The notes below the pieces were generated by a model. It was not told where the DNA came from and did not search any database. It saw nothing but the letters and a program-made list of their open reading frames with translations. Position numbers and translations under genes: made by a program. From Thalia democratica (taxonomy: Eukaryota): a stretch of 64,000 nucleotides of DNA. Below are positions 24,701 through 37,329 of this stretch, in pieces (within the stretch, counting starts at the first letter, position 1; the number at the start of each line of letters is the position of its first letter). Location of the stretch: NCBI GenBank assembly GCA_965202585.1, contig CBDBBG010000230.1, positions 1 to 64,000 on the forward strand. The letters are read 5' to 3'.

Positions 24701-25617
24701 ATATAGTTGATCATAAACTGTTTTTATGTAAAATATAGTAGTAATTATCAAAACTAGATTAGCTGAAATCTATTTATGTTTATTTTATTTTTTAATAACT
24801 AAAAGTAGCATTTGTTTTATGTTTTTGTAATATGGGTAAAGTGCAAATGTTTAGCTCTTAAACTTTAAGAAAAATAAGTTATGGAAAACGTTAAAATGTA
24901 AGTACCAGACTGAATGGCTGTACTTCCAGCTTGTACCAGATCAGCTTGTACGTGCTGGAAGTACAAAATAACTTACGAATATGATCAAGGGTTTATGCGT
25001 ATCTCTGAAAGCAACTCCATTACATGCACTGTAAATGGGTGGTCAGAAAACGTAGGAGGCGTTAAAAGTAAGCAAAAATTAATAAATAAATAAAAAGTTT
25101 GAACCAAAAATATTGCTTTATTACAGTTTTTTATAAAGTTTTTAAACGTTTTAAACTCGTAAAATCTACAGCCTATAGATAAACACAAGCATGTTTCAAC
25201 ACTGTGTTAGAACTATTGGCTTTTAAACAACAGTTTTATTAAGTTTGTCGTCTCCTACCAACCACGGACGAGTTCAATGTAAAATGTTAGAACTATACTT
25301 TACTGACGGCACCACGACTAGATTGGTGCAATACGCTTGCGATAATTCAAATTACCAGTTCTTGTACTTTATTCAACTATACATCACTAAGTGATGAGTA
25401 TATTTCAAGTTAAAAACTAAATTAACTAAATTATGGTTTTTAGTTTCGACAACATAAAAAGCATAACTACGAAAGACACCACATAAACAGAACGACCAAA
25501 TAAAAGCTTAAGTGGTATAAATTAAAACCTTCGTTACAAAAAATGTACCTTGACCAAAATGCTCAATAAGTTGAAATTTTCTTATTGAAATATTTTTAAC
25601 TCACTGACAACTAACAG

Positions 25618-26089
25618 GGGAATACGAGTTCAGCTCAACGGATACAAAGGGTATTTTTAACCAGGCTCGGGAGCAATGTCAAAGTATGAGTGGAGACCTA
25701 ATATATGAAAAGTTGGGACCCAGCGGGAAAACATATCACCCGTAAGTTGTATTTTAAATATATATGTCTTTAAAACAAAACAGCATTTCGTTATACAATT
25801 TGATTATGACATGAATTAGTGTAAAAATACTTGTTAAGAGTAAAAATATTTCTTTTTTTACCAGCTTAAAAAACCTCGATCAATTTTGTGTGGTTCACTA
25901 GTTAACTAACTCATCGTAAGAATATAATGAACAACTTAGATTTTGGTTTAGTTAGCAAAATAACAGAACATACCGTCCAAAACTGCGTGTATGTCCGTTT
26001 GAAGTTTGGACGGCTGGGTATGGACGACAATCATTGCTCGAATCCTTTTAAGTTGGGTCTCTGGCGAGATAAAACTGCCCGAAGAGTAA
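25618..26089 (+). pseudogene. C-type lectin domain pseudogene (two exons recognisable), copy 1
   Basis: Exon 25618-25741 (cag|...|gtaagt) encodes EYEFSSTDTKGIFNQAREQCQSMSGDLIYEKLGPSGKTYH. The next exon from 25865 has in-frame stops and frameshifts but retains QNCVYVRLKFGRLGMDDNHCSNPFKLGL and, after a 1-nt shift, (C)EIKLPEE*, the Cys pattern of a CTLD C-terminus. Confidence 0.75.
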
Positions 26090-26510
26090 AAAAAAATTGA
26101 GCTGTGCGTAGCAGAGCACAGCGCTTGTTGGTGTTGTTGTTTTGTATTTATTTTATGAGTTCGTGTTTTTAGATTATTTTGCTTTTGTTCGTTTTAATAA
26201 AACTTTGTACTTTTTTTCATTTAGGTTTTATAGCTCTGTATTTTATTAGTTTTTAAAGTTTGGTTTAACTCTTGTTAGATATTTATCATTAAAATGATGT
26301 AGTGAAACATTTTTTCTCTTTAAATTACCTAATAAGTCATCGTAATACTGTATAAAATTTTAGTATAGTCTAAAATGTTTTTTTATTGCATTTGTTTGAA
26401 ATCTCAAAGCAAAAGCTATATGCATGTTTGTCTGCTGTACAGTGAAAATGAGATTTTGTTTCATTTTCTTATTTCAGATATTTTAGTTGTTTTGTCCCGT
26501 AAGATACACT

Positions 26511-26826
26511 TGTGCCCAAAACAGCTTAACTGTGCTTAAATTATCTATTTCTTATTTAAAACTAGTTAATACTAAACATTTAAAAGTTACTCCATGATGC
26601 ACTCCTTTATTGTATTTATACTACTAAAGCAAACTTAAACACAAGGCTTTAGACATATTTTTAATTGAAACAACCTAAATATATAAAAAATATTTAGAGA
26701 ATAATAATAAAGTACTTTTTTTTATATATATTTTAAGCGGTAGAAGCTAATTGGCTTTTGAATTATTTCACATAATATTTTCAAATAATTTAACCTAAAA
26801 GAATTTGCTGAAAATTTATCATTTAA
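26511..26826. repeat. ~315-bp local direct repeat (b)
   Basis: Paralog of 24,246-24,560. Confidence 0.9.
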
Positions 26827-26858
26827 TTTCATATCTATTAAATTTCAAAATTATTCAT

Positions 26859-27027
26859 GCTTATCACTGGACTCGATCTAGTTACCTTCGGCTCACGCAG
26901 CGGGTTGACAGTCGCTGAGCTACACAACCACTTGTATGCTGACTTCAATGCTGGTATATAAACTTAATAAAACACTATATGCTTTGATTTTCACAAAAAA
27001 AAACAAAGAGTTATCAATTACTAGAGA
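26859..27027 (-). repeat. tRNA-derived repeat (c)
   Basis: Minus strand gtggttgtgtagctcagcg...gcgtgagccgaaggtaactagatcgagtcc, with the same ~80-nt upstream flank as (a) and (b). Confidence 0.6.
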
Positions 27028-27032
27028 TTGAT

Positions 27033-30000
27033 TAAAACCGTTTTAGTTTAACGGTTTTATAACTTGTATCTGACCACCGATTGAAGCTTGATGTGTTTAT
27101 TTCAAATTAGTATTCCACTACAAATAATTTTCACTATGCAATCATGAAATTCGCGTTCTTACTGTACACACAACTACCTTTTATACTTCTACATTAGTTT
27201 GATAAATTACTTGAGCCTTTTTTACATAGAAAAGTCGTGTAGAAAACATATTTTGACGTGGAATAAAGTTTTGGTTATACATTTTTGTTTTGCTTTATAG
27301 CGTAATAACAGCAGTTAGCTAATTTTATAAACTTTAGGTCACATAAAAAACAACTATAAAAATGGAAATAATATTTTTGAGGTGTGACAAGTCTAATCGT
27401 ATAAGTAAAAAAACTTCTTTGTGACTAAAAGTTAATTAAAAAGAAACCTTTGAAGAGTTTAATGTTATGGTATCAAGTTAAGAAATCTTATGTCCTTTTT
27501 AAATAACTAGTTTGTTTACTTAAAAACAAATTGTACAATATACTTAACAATAAATAATCGCAGTTTAAAGTTTACAAATAGAAAAATTTGTTTTTAAAGA
27601 ATCAAACTGCAAATCATTCTTCAAAATTATATATAAAAACAGATTACATGATAATACAAAAGCGCAGTTTATAATTAAATTTATAATACAAAAAAAAGTA
27701 TTGTTTTCAACATATTTATTCATTATGTCCAAACTAACATTTTAGTCTATTTGTCTACAAATTTCAACAGAGTTATTTTTTCCAAGTAAACGAAAATACT
27801 TGCTAAGTTAATTTTTTGAACAAGAGACTGTTTTTTCAATGATTTTTGTATTGATTGAAGGCAGGCATAACAACTCACTTATAATAACTTTACACTGATG
27901 ATTTGTGTACTTCATTTCATATAAAAACGACTTATAAAAATAAAATATTCTGTAATCTTAAATTTTGAACTAACTTATTATAGTTAAAATGTATTTGGAT
28001 GCTTTTTTTCGACTTTTTTTTTACAAAATTTCTTCAATGCAATAGTTTTAGTTCACAACTAGTTTCAATTAACTTAAAATAAATCAAAAGAAATTATGTT
28101 AGTACTGATTATAATAAATTCAATTACAATAACTATGTAAAACTTTTGAATCGTTGAAATATTGTTTTTACTGTCTAAGAAACCCATGTAGGTGCTCATA
28201 ATGCTTACAAACTAAAACAAATAACATGTGACACAAATTTTTATGTCTAATTGTAATTAAACTAAAACAGTGACTTGAACAACTTTTAACCGATTTTTAT
28301 AAACACACATTTTGTAGTATAAATCAATACTAAACTAAGAACTCCCTTGCTACTTATGAGACTTAGTATTGAATACCATAAAACAACATAACTATTTGAA
28401 TTGCAATAGAACGATACTGATAAATTACACTACAACGTAAAACTGTTGAGTTACTTATAGAATAATACCAAGGTTGTCTACTATAAAACTACAACATTCA
28501 TAGTACAACACCAAGAATATATACTATAGAACATTAAACTTTACTTGTAGTTTAAATATATCTGTTAAAAAAAGTAATATAAAAAATTTCAGTCTTTACT
28601 TATGGCTTACATTGTTTACAATAAAAGCTACAACGTAAGTAATGAAATAATCATGTAAAGCAACAAGATGATAATTAATGATAAAACAATAAGAGCAGTT
28701 TAAATTAAAAATCAGTATTCTTAAAAAAATAGGAGAACATAATAAAGTACATACATGTTAACTCATAAAACCTTAAAATGGGATATATATGTAATTATTA
28801 CTTGAAAGAAACAGTTTTAAATTTATAGTTAAATGAATATATTAATGAATGTAAAATTTTTATTCGAATTTAATTTAAAGTTTAAGCAGATTTTTGACTG
28901 TCGTGTAAACTAAAATATTTACTCATTTTAAAGATAGAATCAAAACAGTTTATTGGAAATATAAAAAGAGAACTAATAATGTTTTAACATTACAAATGAA
29001 AACAAGAAAATTTCAAATCAGATATCTTGATTGTTACGTCATTTCAACAATTAAGAACATTTAAAAGACTTGGATTAAATGAAAAAAAATTTGAATTAAA
29101 GTAACTAATAACATGGACAGTTTAATAATTTACGAACATTACAACATGATGTCTTCTTTAAACTTTAGTCTACAAAACATAAAAGTTTAAACATAGAAAA
29201 TAAACATGAATTAATCTTTACTACTTACTTTTAGACTGAATCAATATCAAATGAATTAAAATAAGAATTAAAGTAAATTGAATGTTGGGTAAGTCTATTA
29301 AACAAACTCTTAAAAAATATTATAATCATTTATAAACTACTATCTTTAGTCAATCTATTGATTTAAAAATATTTTTTAACGGTGACTCATAATTTTAAAA
29401 CGCTTTTTAGCAGCTAAAGTTATAGCTTACTTAATATATAAAACTTTAGTTTAATACTCAAAAATGACTCTTAATATTATATAAATTAAGAACATTTAAT
29501 AGGATCTTGAATAGGTAAATTAAATCAACAAAAATGCAAACTGTTGAGTTATACGCTCATCAGGTGTAGTACAACTGCAGTTATAGAAACTGAATGGCTT
29601 TAAAATGTTCACATTTATTCACAATATTCTAAGATTTGTAAGAACTAGCTCTCTGGAAATACGTACAACTTTTCTAAAATAATAAAGATTCAAATAAAAC
29701 AATTTCAGCTGATGACAGTAAACAACTTAGCTTTAGAAAAGTAAAAAAGCTATGAAAGTCCTTAAGTGGTATATTTGAAGTTGCTTTATTTTATTTTAGG
29801 CAAAAAACTAACTCAAAGTGTTTTTAATAATGACAAAATATAAATTAACAATGTTTTAGACATGGAATTTTAACAGGCGACAATACAACAAACAAACAAG
29901 ATTAGTTCAAGAAAACCATAGCAACGACATAAAACAACAATGTCACTCTGAATTAGTTCCATAAAATTGTTGAACTTGGTTTAGAGCATAATAAATGGAT

Positions 30001-33000
30001 TATTTAATACAAATATACAAAATTTGTAATAAATATCCATATTATAATACTAAAAACCACAGTTTAAATATGATATTTGTACGTTACTTTTGTACTTTTA
30101 ATATTTGCTCATTAAATGATGGCAGAAATCTTAAGACAGCACAACAAATAACTTACTGATTTATCACAAATATGATTTCAATATTTAACGAGATTGAAAA
30201 CCTAAAAAGCTCAGAAATTATTAAAATAAAACTTAAAAGAGTATCCAAAATAATATACTGGTACAAAATAGATTGAATGGTTTTAAGATGTACAAAAAAA
30301 AAAACCAAATCTTAATGTACAACGTATCTCCGACAACAATTGATACATTATTAACACAAGACATAAAGTTTTCAAAAACATAAAATAAAACCTGAAAGAT
30401 ATAACAATAATAATGAATGCAAACAAAAATAAAACTAAGGTAGGAATAAAACTTGTAACTGCCGAAATAAAAATTATTGATTTAAGAAAAAACGTCATTT
30501 ATGTAACTAAAATAAAATAGATAACCAAGTATGTTGCAGTAAAATTACTACAAAATCAGCAAAACACATCAGTTAAAAGATTAAATTTGATAAAAAAATA
30601 TATATAAAAAAACTAGTTTATCTAATTTAAACTAACTTACTTATATTAGTTTTAGAAAACGCATGGAAAACTAGACAAATGAAACATAACAACTCATTAG
30701 AGGAATAAGTCAAAGCTACACAACATATGTAAAAACTTTTGTATAAAACATTAACGAATACAGAAAAACAACAATTATAATAGGATGAATATTTATATTT
30801 ACCAAAAAGTCAGATTTGTATTAGACAAACCTCATGATAAAATAAAATGACTTGTAGTGGCATATGATATCTGTAAAATATCAAAAAAAAAAACGAGTAG
30901 AATTTATCGTGACTAGAGAATACCAGACATGATTACATTGAAAACTAGAATAAGAAATATTCAAAAAACAAATAAATGAAATGTTAACAAATTTAAATTC
31001 TGAACCATAATAAATGTTAAATGACGTTTAAAATCCACATTAAAACTTAAACAAGAACCCTAATATTCAACTTATTAACCTGCAATAGAAAGTACAAGCA
31101 AAGCAATTGTACTAAAAGTAAACTTAATGTTAAAAAACTAATTAAATTTCAAAAGTTTACTTGTTATAGACTGAAATTTGAACCATAGATAAGATAACCA
31201 TAAGATAAGCTTTTTTTCCGTTTCACTGCGAAAAACAATGTTTTATATCAAACAAAAATACGACTTTAAAACATAAGCTAGCAACTTCAGAAAAGTAAGC
31301 ATAAAATTAGGATGTGCAGATGTAAACTGTTAATCATAATCAAAAAGAAACTGTTCCTATTTAATAGTATAATCGAACACGCTGTTTGCAGTTCCAAAAT
31401 TAAAGGGAAATAAAATTTATTCATGTAATTTTAACCTAAAATTAATAAAGTTAAATTTAAAATTAATTAACCCCATTAATTATTAAGCTTATAAATAAAA
31501 GTTCATCGAAAATACAAACAAAGAATTTTTTGATATCTGGTACAGTTTCTGTGTATTTTCAATAAACAAATGTACTTTATTTAGGTTAAGAGTATTAAGA
31601 TCATGCTTTCGTATGCTCAACTTCAAATAGAATTTTTAGAATCTTAAAGTGTGTACCTTAACGACATTGCTTAAGTACTTGAAATTTAGGACAGAATACA
31701 CGACTTACTTACGAAATTAATACTACTACAACTACCTTTTAGAAAAGACCCAAAAACTCAAGAAAATATAAGCTCAATAGCTATTGAATTAAACAAAGAT
31801 ATTTTAGGAATGAGTAGCCACTGAAAAGAATAAACAAAAACTGATAGAGCTTAAGACAATAACTAATTTTCTAACCTCTTTAAATAACATAGTTAACAAA
31901 GATAACATAACTATACCTCCTTACATAAAACAATAATAAATATATAACTACCTTTAATTAATCAATACTATGTACAGTTCAGAAACAAAATGCTTGTATG
32001 ACTTTTGACTGTTTTAAAGCACCAAAAAACTGAATTGGTATTAGTAGATGCAGAGTAAATTGTCTAACTAGATAATGTAATTCAAAGTAGGATAGTTTGT
32101 AGAATGAGTTACGTTATGAAGTAAAATAAAAGAATATTCGTAAACATATGCTTAACTTAAATTAAATATAAACACATGCATAGACTTCTAAAGATTTCCA
32201 CATTATTTATCTTATTGAGCAAAGCAACCAAAATCAAACCAAGCAAATAGTTCTACAGCTCATTAATAAAAAATATAAATTAGTGTAATAAATTACTAAC
32301 AACAGTGCAAAAACTAAGAAAAAGCTAGAAACTCTTTATCCATACATCTAGACACTTAAAACGATATGTTACTAAAACTAATAGAAAGTTATCATACTAA
32401 ATGAGACTAGAAGATGACGTAATATTAGTGGGTATTAAGACTAAGTGAATTTCAACTAAAATACCTAAATTAACTAGACAAAAAAAGGCATTTCGTTACT
32501 ATAACAATGCATACAACTCTATGTGGACAAACTAAGAGGTTTGTTATGAGAAATTGAAACTTAATTGGTAGTTAAGCGGAAATTATTTGCGCTTAAAAGA
32601 ACATTCTTAATTACTTTGTCTTGAAATAACTTAACTTATTTACAAACATTATTAACTGAAGAGAACCCGTGGAAAGATTTTTAATAAGCCTTAAAATTAT
32701 TTTACAGTAACAACAAAAAAACAATGAAGTGTCTAACTAAAAATATATCTAAATCATGAGTCTTTTCCATCTATAAATCACTTTTAAACCAAAATTTATC
32801 GAAGTAGAATTAAATTAGAAAAGAATAAATTTAAAGTATAATAATGAATTTGATTTATAAACAAACGTTAGAATAAACTAAACCATAAACAAATTCAAAT
32901 AGAAAAAACCATTAAACAAACTCAAGTAATTCTACAGTAATAACAATGAAACATTAACTAAAACATGATCCTTTTTTGGTTGGTAAGACTTCGATTGACC

Positions 33001-36000
33001 AATAAATAAATTAAAACTAAAGAATATGAGGCTAAATAAATCCACTTCACAGTTTTCTAAACTTTCATTATAAATAATTTTCAAAAAATTAAGTTGAAAA
33101 AACAAAATACGACCTCGAAATTGAAATGGTTACTTGATTGGCGTAGTTTTTAACTTTGCCAGTATTTGGTTTAGACTCATTATACTTTGATTGACTTTAA
33201 TTGTAACATACCGTTTGTTGTTTAAGACATAAAATTGGAAATAACCATATGAAACAGCGCAACAAGATGATAATTAAAAATCAATTATTAAGAATTGAAA
33301 GTAATTTAAATATAAATTTATTTTAAGCGCAGTAAAGTATTGATTAAAACTGAATGCATACTTAATTGTTTACTTATGAAATACTGATCTACCAAAGTGA
33401 TTAGTATAAAATAAACAAATTTATTGTAGAAAATAAGTTAATAAAAGGGTGAACTAGTGATAAATAGCTATATATTGAAAGCTTAATAAGACAATTAAAA
33501 CCAAACTGATGATCTAAATTTAAAGGTTAAGATATAAAGTGTTTATTATCAGTAATACAATAACTGAGAGTCAATTATCACATAAGGCCCAAGCGTACCT
33601 GTATTATTCATTTTACATAGGTAAAATGCCTTTGTTATTTGAAATATGAACAGTGTTATGGCTAACAAAGAAAATACTTATATTAAATAGATGCGCTTTA
33701 AAAAAAATACGAACTTGGGAGATTTAATTCTTTTAAATTACTAAACAGCAAGTTTGTGCTTAGATAAGATATTAGCAAACATTATGTATGGTATACGCAA
33801 CCTTGTAGACCGAAAATTTGGTTTAAATGGCACAACATAAATTAGAGCTGAAAAATAACTCTAACTTCTAAACAATAACTTAAAACTCATAAAGCCTGTA
33901 AGTGGGATGTATATTTGAAAGCAAATTTAAATAACTTATTGTCTACTATTTTTTATACATATAAGTGTTGGTAATGTTAAATATCATGAAAAATTCTTTA
34001 TTTTGCCAATAAAATGTTAAAATCACAGAAATATTATTTAAAACTTACTATGTAAATAAATATACAACTTTATTAGTAGAAGACAATAAAAACTTATACT
34101 AAATAAAACTTTTTAATAATGATCAGAATAAATTTATTAAAAATTAACAAAATCATATGAGAAAACAATACTTATTTTAAACAGTGCCAAATTGTATGAG
34201 TACAAATTACTATGAAGAAGAATAATTTAACTATCCGGATAATTTTAGCTCAGTTTTTATTTAAAGACAATTAAAGTTTCATAATATGTATTAAACTGGG
34301 TGTCAAATACAGCGAAAAAAAATACTCTGCCTTAAATAGCACTTACTAAAAAAATATACTGGGTTAATAAGAATGCGATGTATCTTACTAAGTTTTATAA
34401 CCATAGGAAGGTGGACTCTGTAACATTAACATAAGTAGAGATAGTTAAAGTTTAATCAATCAAGAATTTTTCTTATTGAATTGAAAATCCAAACGTGTAA
34501 AGAAACAAAATGTTTGTAAACGTAAATAATTGCCACGAAGCTTATTCAGAAAACAAAATTGAGTAATATAAAGATCAAATGTTTAATTTAGTCGAAAAAG
34601 TAAAAGCATAAACATAAAACTTAAAATGAGATTTTAAAACAATATTTTGCAGCCTATCAAACAAGGCAACTCAACAGATTAAAACTAAAGAATAAAACAA
34701 AACGACACAAAAGAAAAATGAAAGCATTAAGCGTTCAAGGACTCATATTTTAGAAAGAAGGGTATACACAGATGCTAAAAACTCAGTTATTTAATTAATG
34801 TACAATTAACAATAAGCTATAATGTTAAGTTTAAATAATAATAAGCTTGGTACAATCGATCGTAACCAGCAATGAGTAGAATGTTTTATAGTTAATTACT
34901 GAAAAAGGTAGTTTTGAAAACACAGCTTACTTTGTTGTATATGATAATTATTATGCATGGATGTCTTTATCAGAATAATACTACTAATAAGTTTCAAGTA
35001 AAATGTATATTTTTATTTTAACTGAACTAGAGCACTAAATCAGAGAATACAATCAATCAAATAAAGTCATGATTTTCTAAAATACAAATACATAGCCTTA
35101 AACGTTAAAATATGATCAAACTCGACTAGTTCAAGAAATATCATAGAAAACAAACTGTTGAAAATCTTAAGCGTCTAAGTAAAATATATTTAAATGAAAT
35201 ATAAACAAAATATATAACTGCGTGATATATAAACAAAAGAGTAAAAAAACAATACTAGCTATAAAACATAAGAAATACACGACTTTACTTAACGTTTTGA
35301 CTTAGTAAACCATGCTACCGGTCGATTGAAGGCTAAAAAATATTTAAAAAATTTATATTATAAGAAAACTATATCTTAAAATAGATTAATTGTTTAGAAA
35401 TATATATGCTTTGATATGGGATGATGGTTAAAATTGACTGAAATACCGTACATTTGACAATATTCAAATGTTTTAGAGAGAAAGATAAAATAAGTTATAA
35501 GTTAGATAAATTTTTTTGTTAGCTAACAGAGTATCACTTAAAATATGCTTGATTTAATAACAGTAAAGATAATATTTTCTACTTTAAGGACAAACTTTTG
35601 GGTAAAACAATTTTGTCCACTTCTAAACCGATACTTGTCTAATGAAAATGACTTCAAGTCAAATTTAACAAGCAAAAAAAATGAAATGTAATTAAACCAC
35701 GGTAACATGACCATATTTTACCTTTTACGCACTAATTTTAAATTTAGAATAGTTGTAGAAATAAGTAAACCAGTTAAGTATAAACTATAAAATCTTAGCT
35801 TAGCAGATTATAATTTAAGTTCACCTTGTGCATGTATATTGTAATGTATCATAGATGCTAGCACAACTGTGTTTGTATAGTTCATTAGTAAGAGCAATCT
35901 ATTCAACAAATTAGACAATACTTCAGTCGGAAAGCAAGCTTAATCTTGAAACTAACTTTATTGTAATACTAAGTAAGTATTTTTACCAATAGGATGTAGC

Positions 36001-36480
36001 TTAAGTTTAAGGCTTTTACCTACTTTAAACGGGTTGTGCAAGTTGTGTGAACGGACTAATACTTTAGAAAGAAGAATATACACAATGGTTGATCAAGTGC
36101 AAGAAGTGTGAAGTACAAGAAGTTATTTGCTTTAAAAGATAGTTTATAAATATGCTTGCATGTATTTAAAAAAATTGCAAAAACCTAAAAAATTAGAGAA
36201 AAAAAAAGTGGAATACTGGATTATGACGCAACAATATGGTAAATAAAAAAAAATAAATTCTAGGATTTAATGTGGAAAAAAGCAAAAAAAGAAAAGTTTG
36301 TACAATTAATGCAAATTATTAGTAAAATTCCTTAAAACTATGTGGACAAATTAAGACATAAATATTTGTAGAAGTATTTAAAACAAGTGGCTCATGAGTA
36401 TTTTATATCTGTAGTCTTTCATACAACTTAAATACTAAAATTAGTATGTCATATCTAATATCTTCTAGTGAGAATAAAGT
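27033..36480 (+). mobile_element. Decayed ~9.5 kb virus-like or large DNA-element coding island; family unassigned
   Basis: Long A-rich frames broken largely by TAA/TAG, e.g. MLSYAQLQIEFLES*SVYLNDIA*VLEI*DRIHDLLTKLILLQLPFRKDPKTQENISSIAIELNKDILGMSSH near 31,610-31,825. It has internal paralogous blocks and no obvious introns. No hallmark domain was recognised. Confidence 0.5.
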
Positions 36481-36483
36481 TTA

Positions 36484-36532
36484 GTTTTGACTCAGAAGTA
36501 CTAGCACATTACTCGTACATCAAAGTCATAAC
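36484..36532 (+). repeat. AATAAA-preceded ~50-nt stem-loop motif
   Basis: gagaataaagtttagttttgactcagaagtactagcacattactcgtacatcaaagtcataac; homologous to 7251-7299. Confidence 0.75.
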
Positions 36533-36570
36533 TAAAAAAGGTGCCGACCAGCATAGTAACCGGGCCTAAA

Positions 36571-36675
36571 GGACAAGAATTAAAAAAAAACTAAGGGCAG
36601 GCCGGGGAGATGACAGGTGCGAAGCACCGTGTCATCGACCGGCCGTAGCCCTTTGTTTTTTTTTAATTCTTGTCC
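36571..36675. other. Second copy of the long GCGAAGC-capped hairpin (105 nt)
   Basis: Same as 7338-7441 except for one extra G in a bulge; the 21-bp basal stem is again perfect. Confidence 0.95.
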
Positions 36676-36949
36676 GCTACCTAAAACTTACTTTTCAAAC
36701 TCATCAATGTAAAACCACTCAGTTATTAATTGAAAAACTAAAACTGATATTACCGTCAGGCCTTTAATGGTCATACATCAATAAGTTAGATAACATAAGC
36801 TCAAGGTTAGTAAAAGATAACAGATAAAGACCGTACAAATACAACGCATATTTGTTTGACAGTTACGCTACTCACGGTCCATTTGACAGAAAAAGGTGGC
36901 CTTCAAGAAAAAAGGCCGTGGAGAAAAAGAGAAAAGGAAAAATGTGAAA

Positions 36950-37206
36950 AATTTTTCGCCGGCAGAGCCGGCGAAATGCCTTAAAAAAATTATTTTAAAT
37001 TATCCTCTCCAAAAATTTCGCACCCATTTTCGGTTTTGGGGATTCCCCATTTTTGAAAAAATGGGTGACGGGTCTCTTAAATTTAGTGCGTACCTTAAGC
37101 GGTGCGTAGTCCTTAAAGAAAAATTTTAATTATGACAGAGAAAAGGTTATTAAAAAACTAGTGCGTACCTTATGCGAGTGCGTAATTCTTAGAATGCGTA
37201 CCTTAT
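36950..37206. repeat. Second copy of the hairpin and TGCGTA-repeat module
   Basis: Matches 7712-7964. The loop of the tttcgccggc hairpin is AGA instead of GGA and the stem is unchanged. Confidence 0.8.
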
Positions 37207-37329
37207 AAATGCATTTATTTTGTGAAAATTACATTTTTAAGTTAGGGTTAAAACCCAAAAATAGATTAATATAGTTTCAGATGCTACATCATCCTGGTTA
37301 ATTACCTAATATTTTACATAGTTACTAAA

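Noticed and set aside
26100-26124. gctgtgc..gcacagc hairpin as a Helitron 3' end
   Set aside because: The stem is short and no CTRR terminus follows at the expected distance.
23452-27027. Functional tRNA genes
   Set aside because: Acceptor stems do not pair, the T-loop reads ATCGA rather than TTCGA, and the anticodon regions differ among copies.
27033-36480. Alternative genetic code (TAA/TAG = Gln) making the island ORFs intact
   Set aside because: The island also has frameshifts and TGA stops, a paralog pair shows CAG vs TAG at one site, and the arrestin gene uses CAA/CAG for Gln and ends in TAG.
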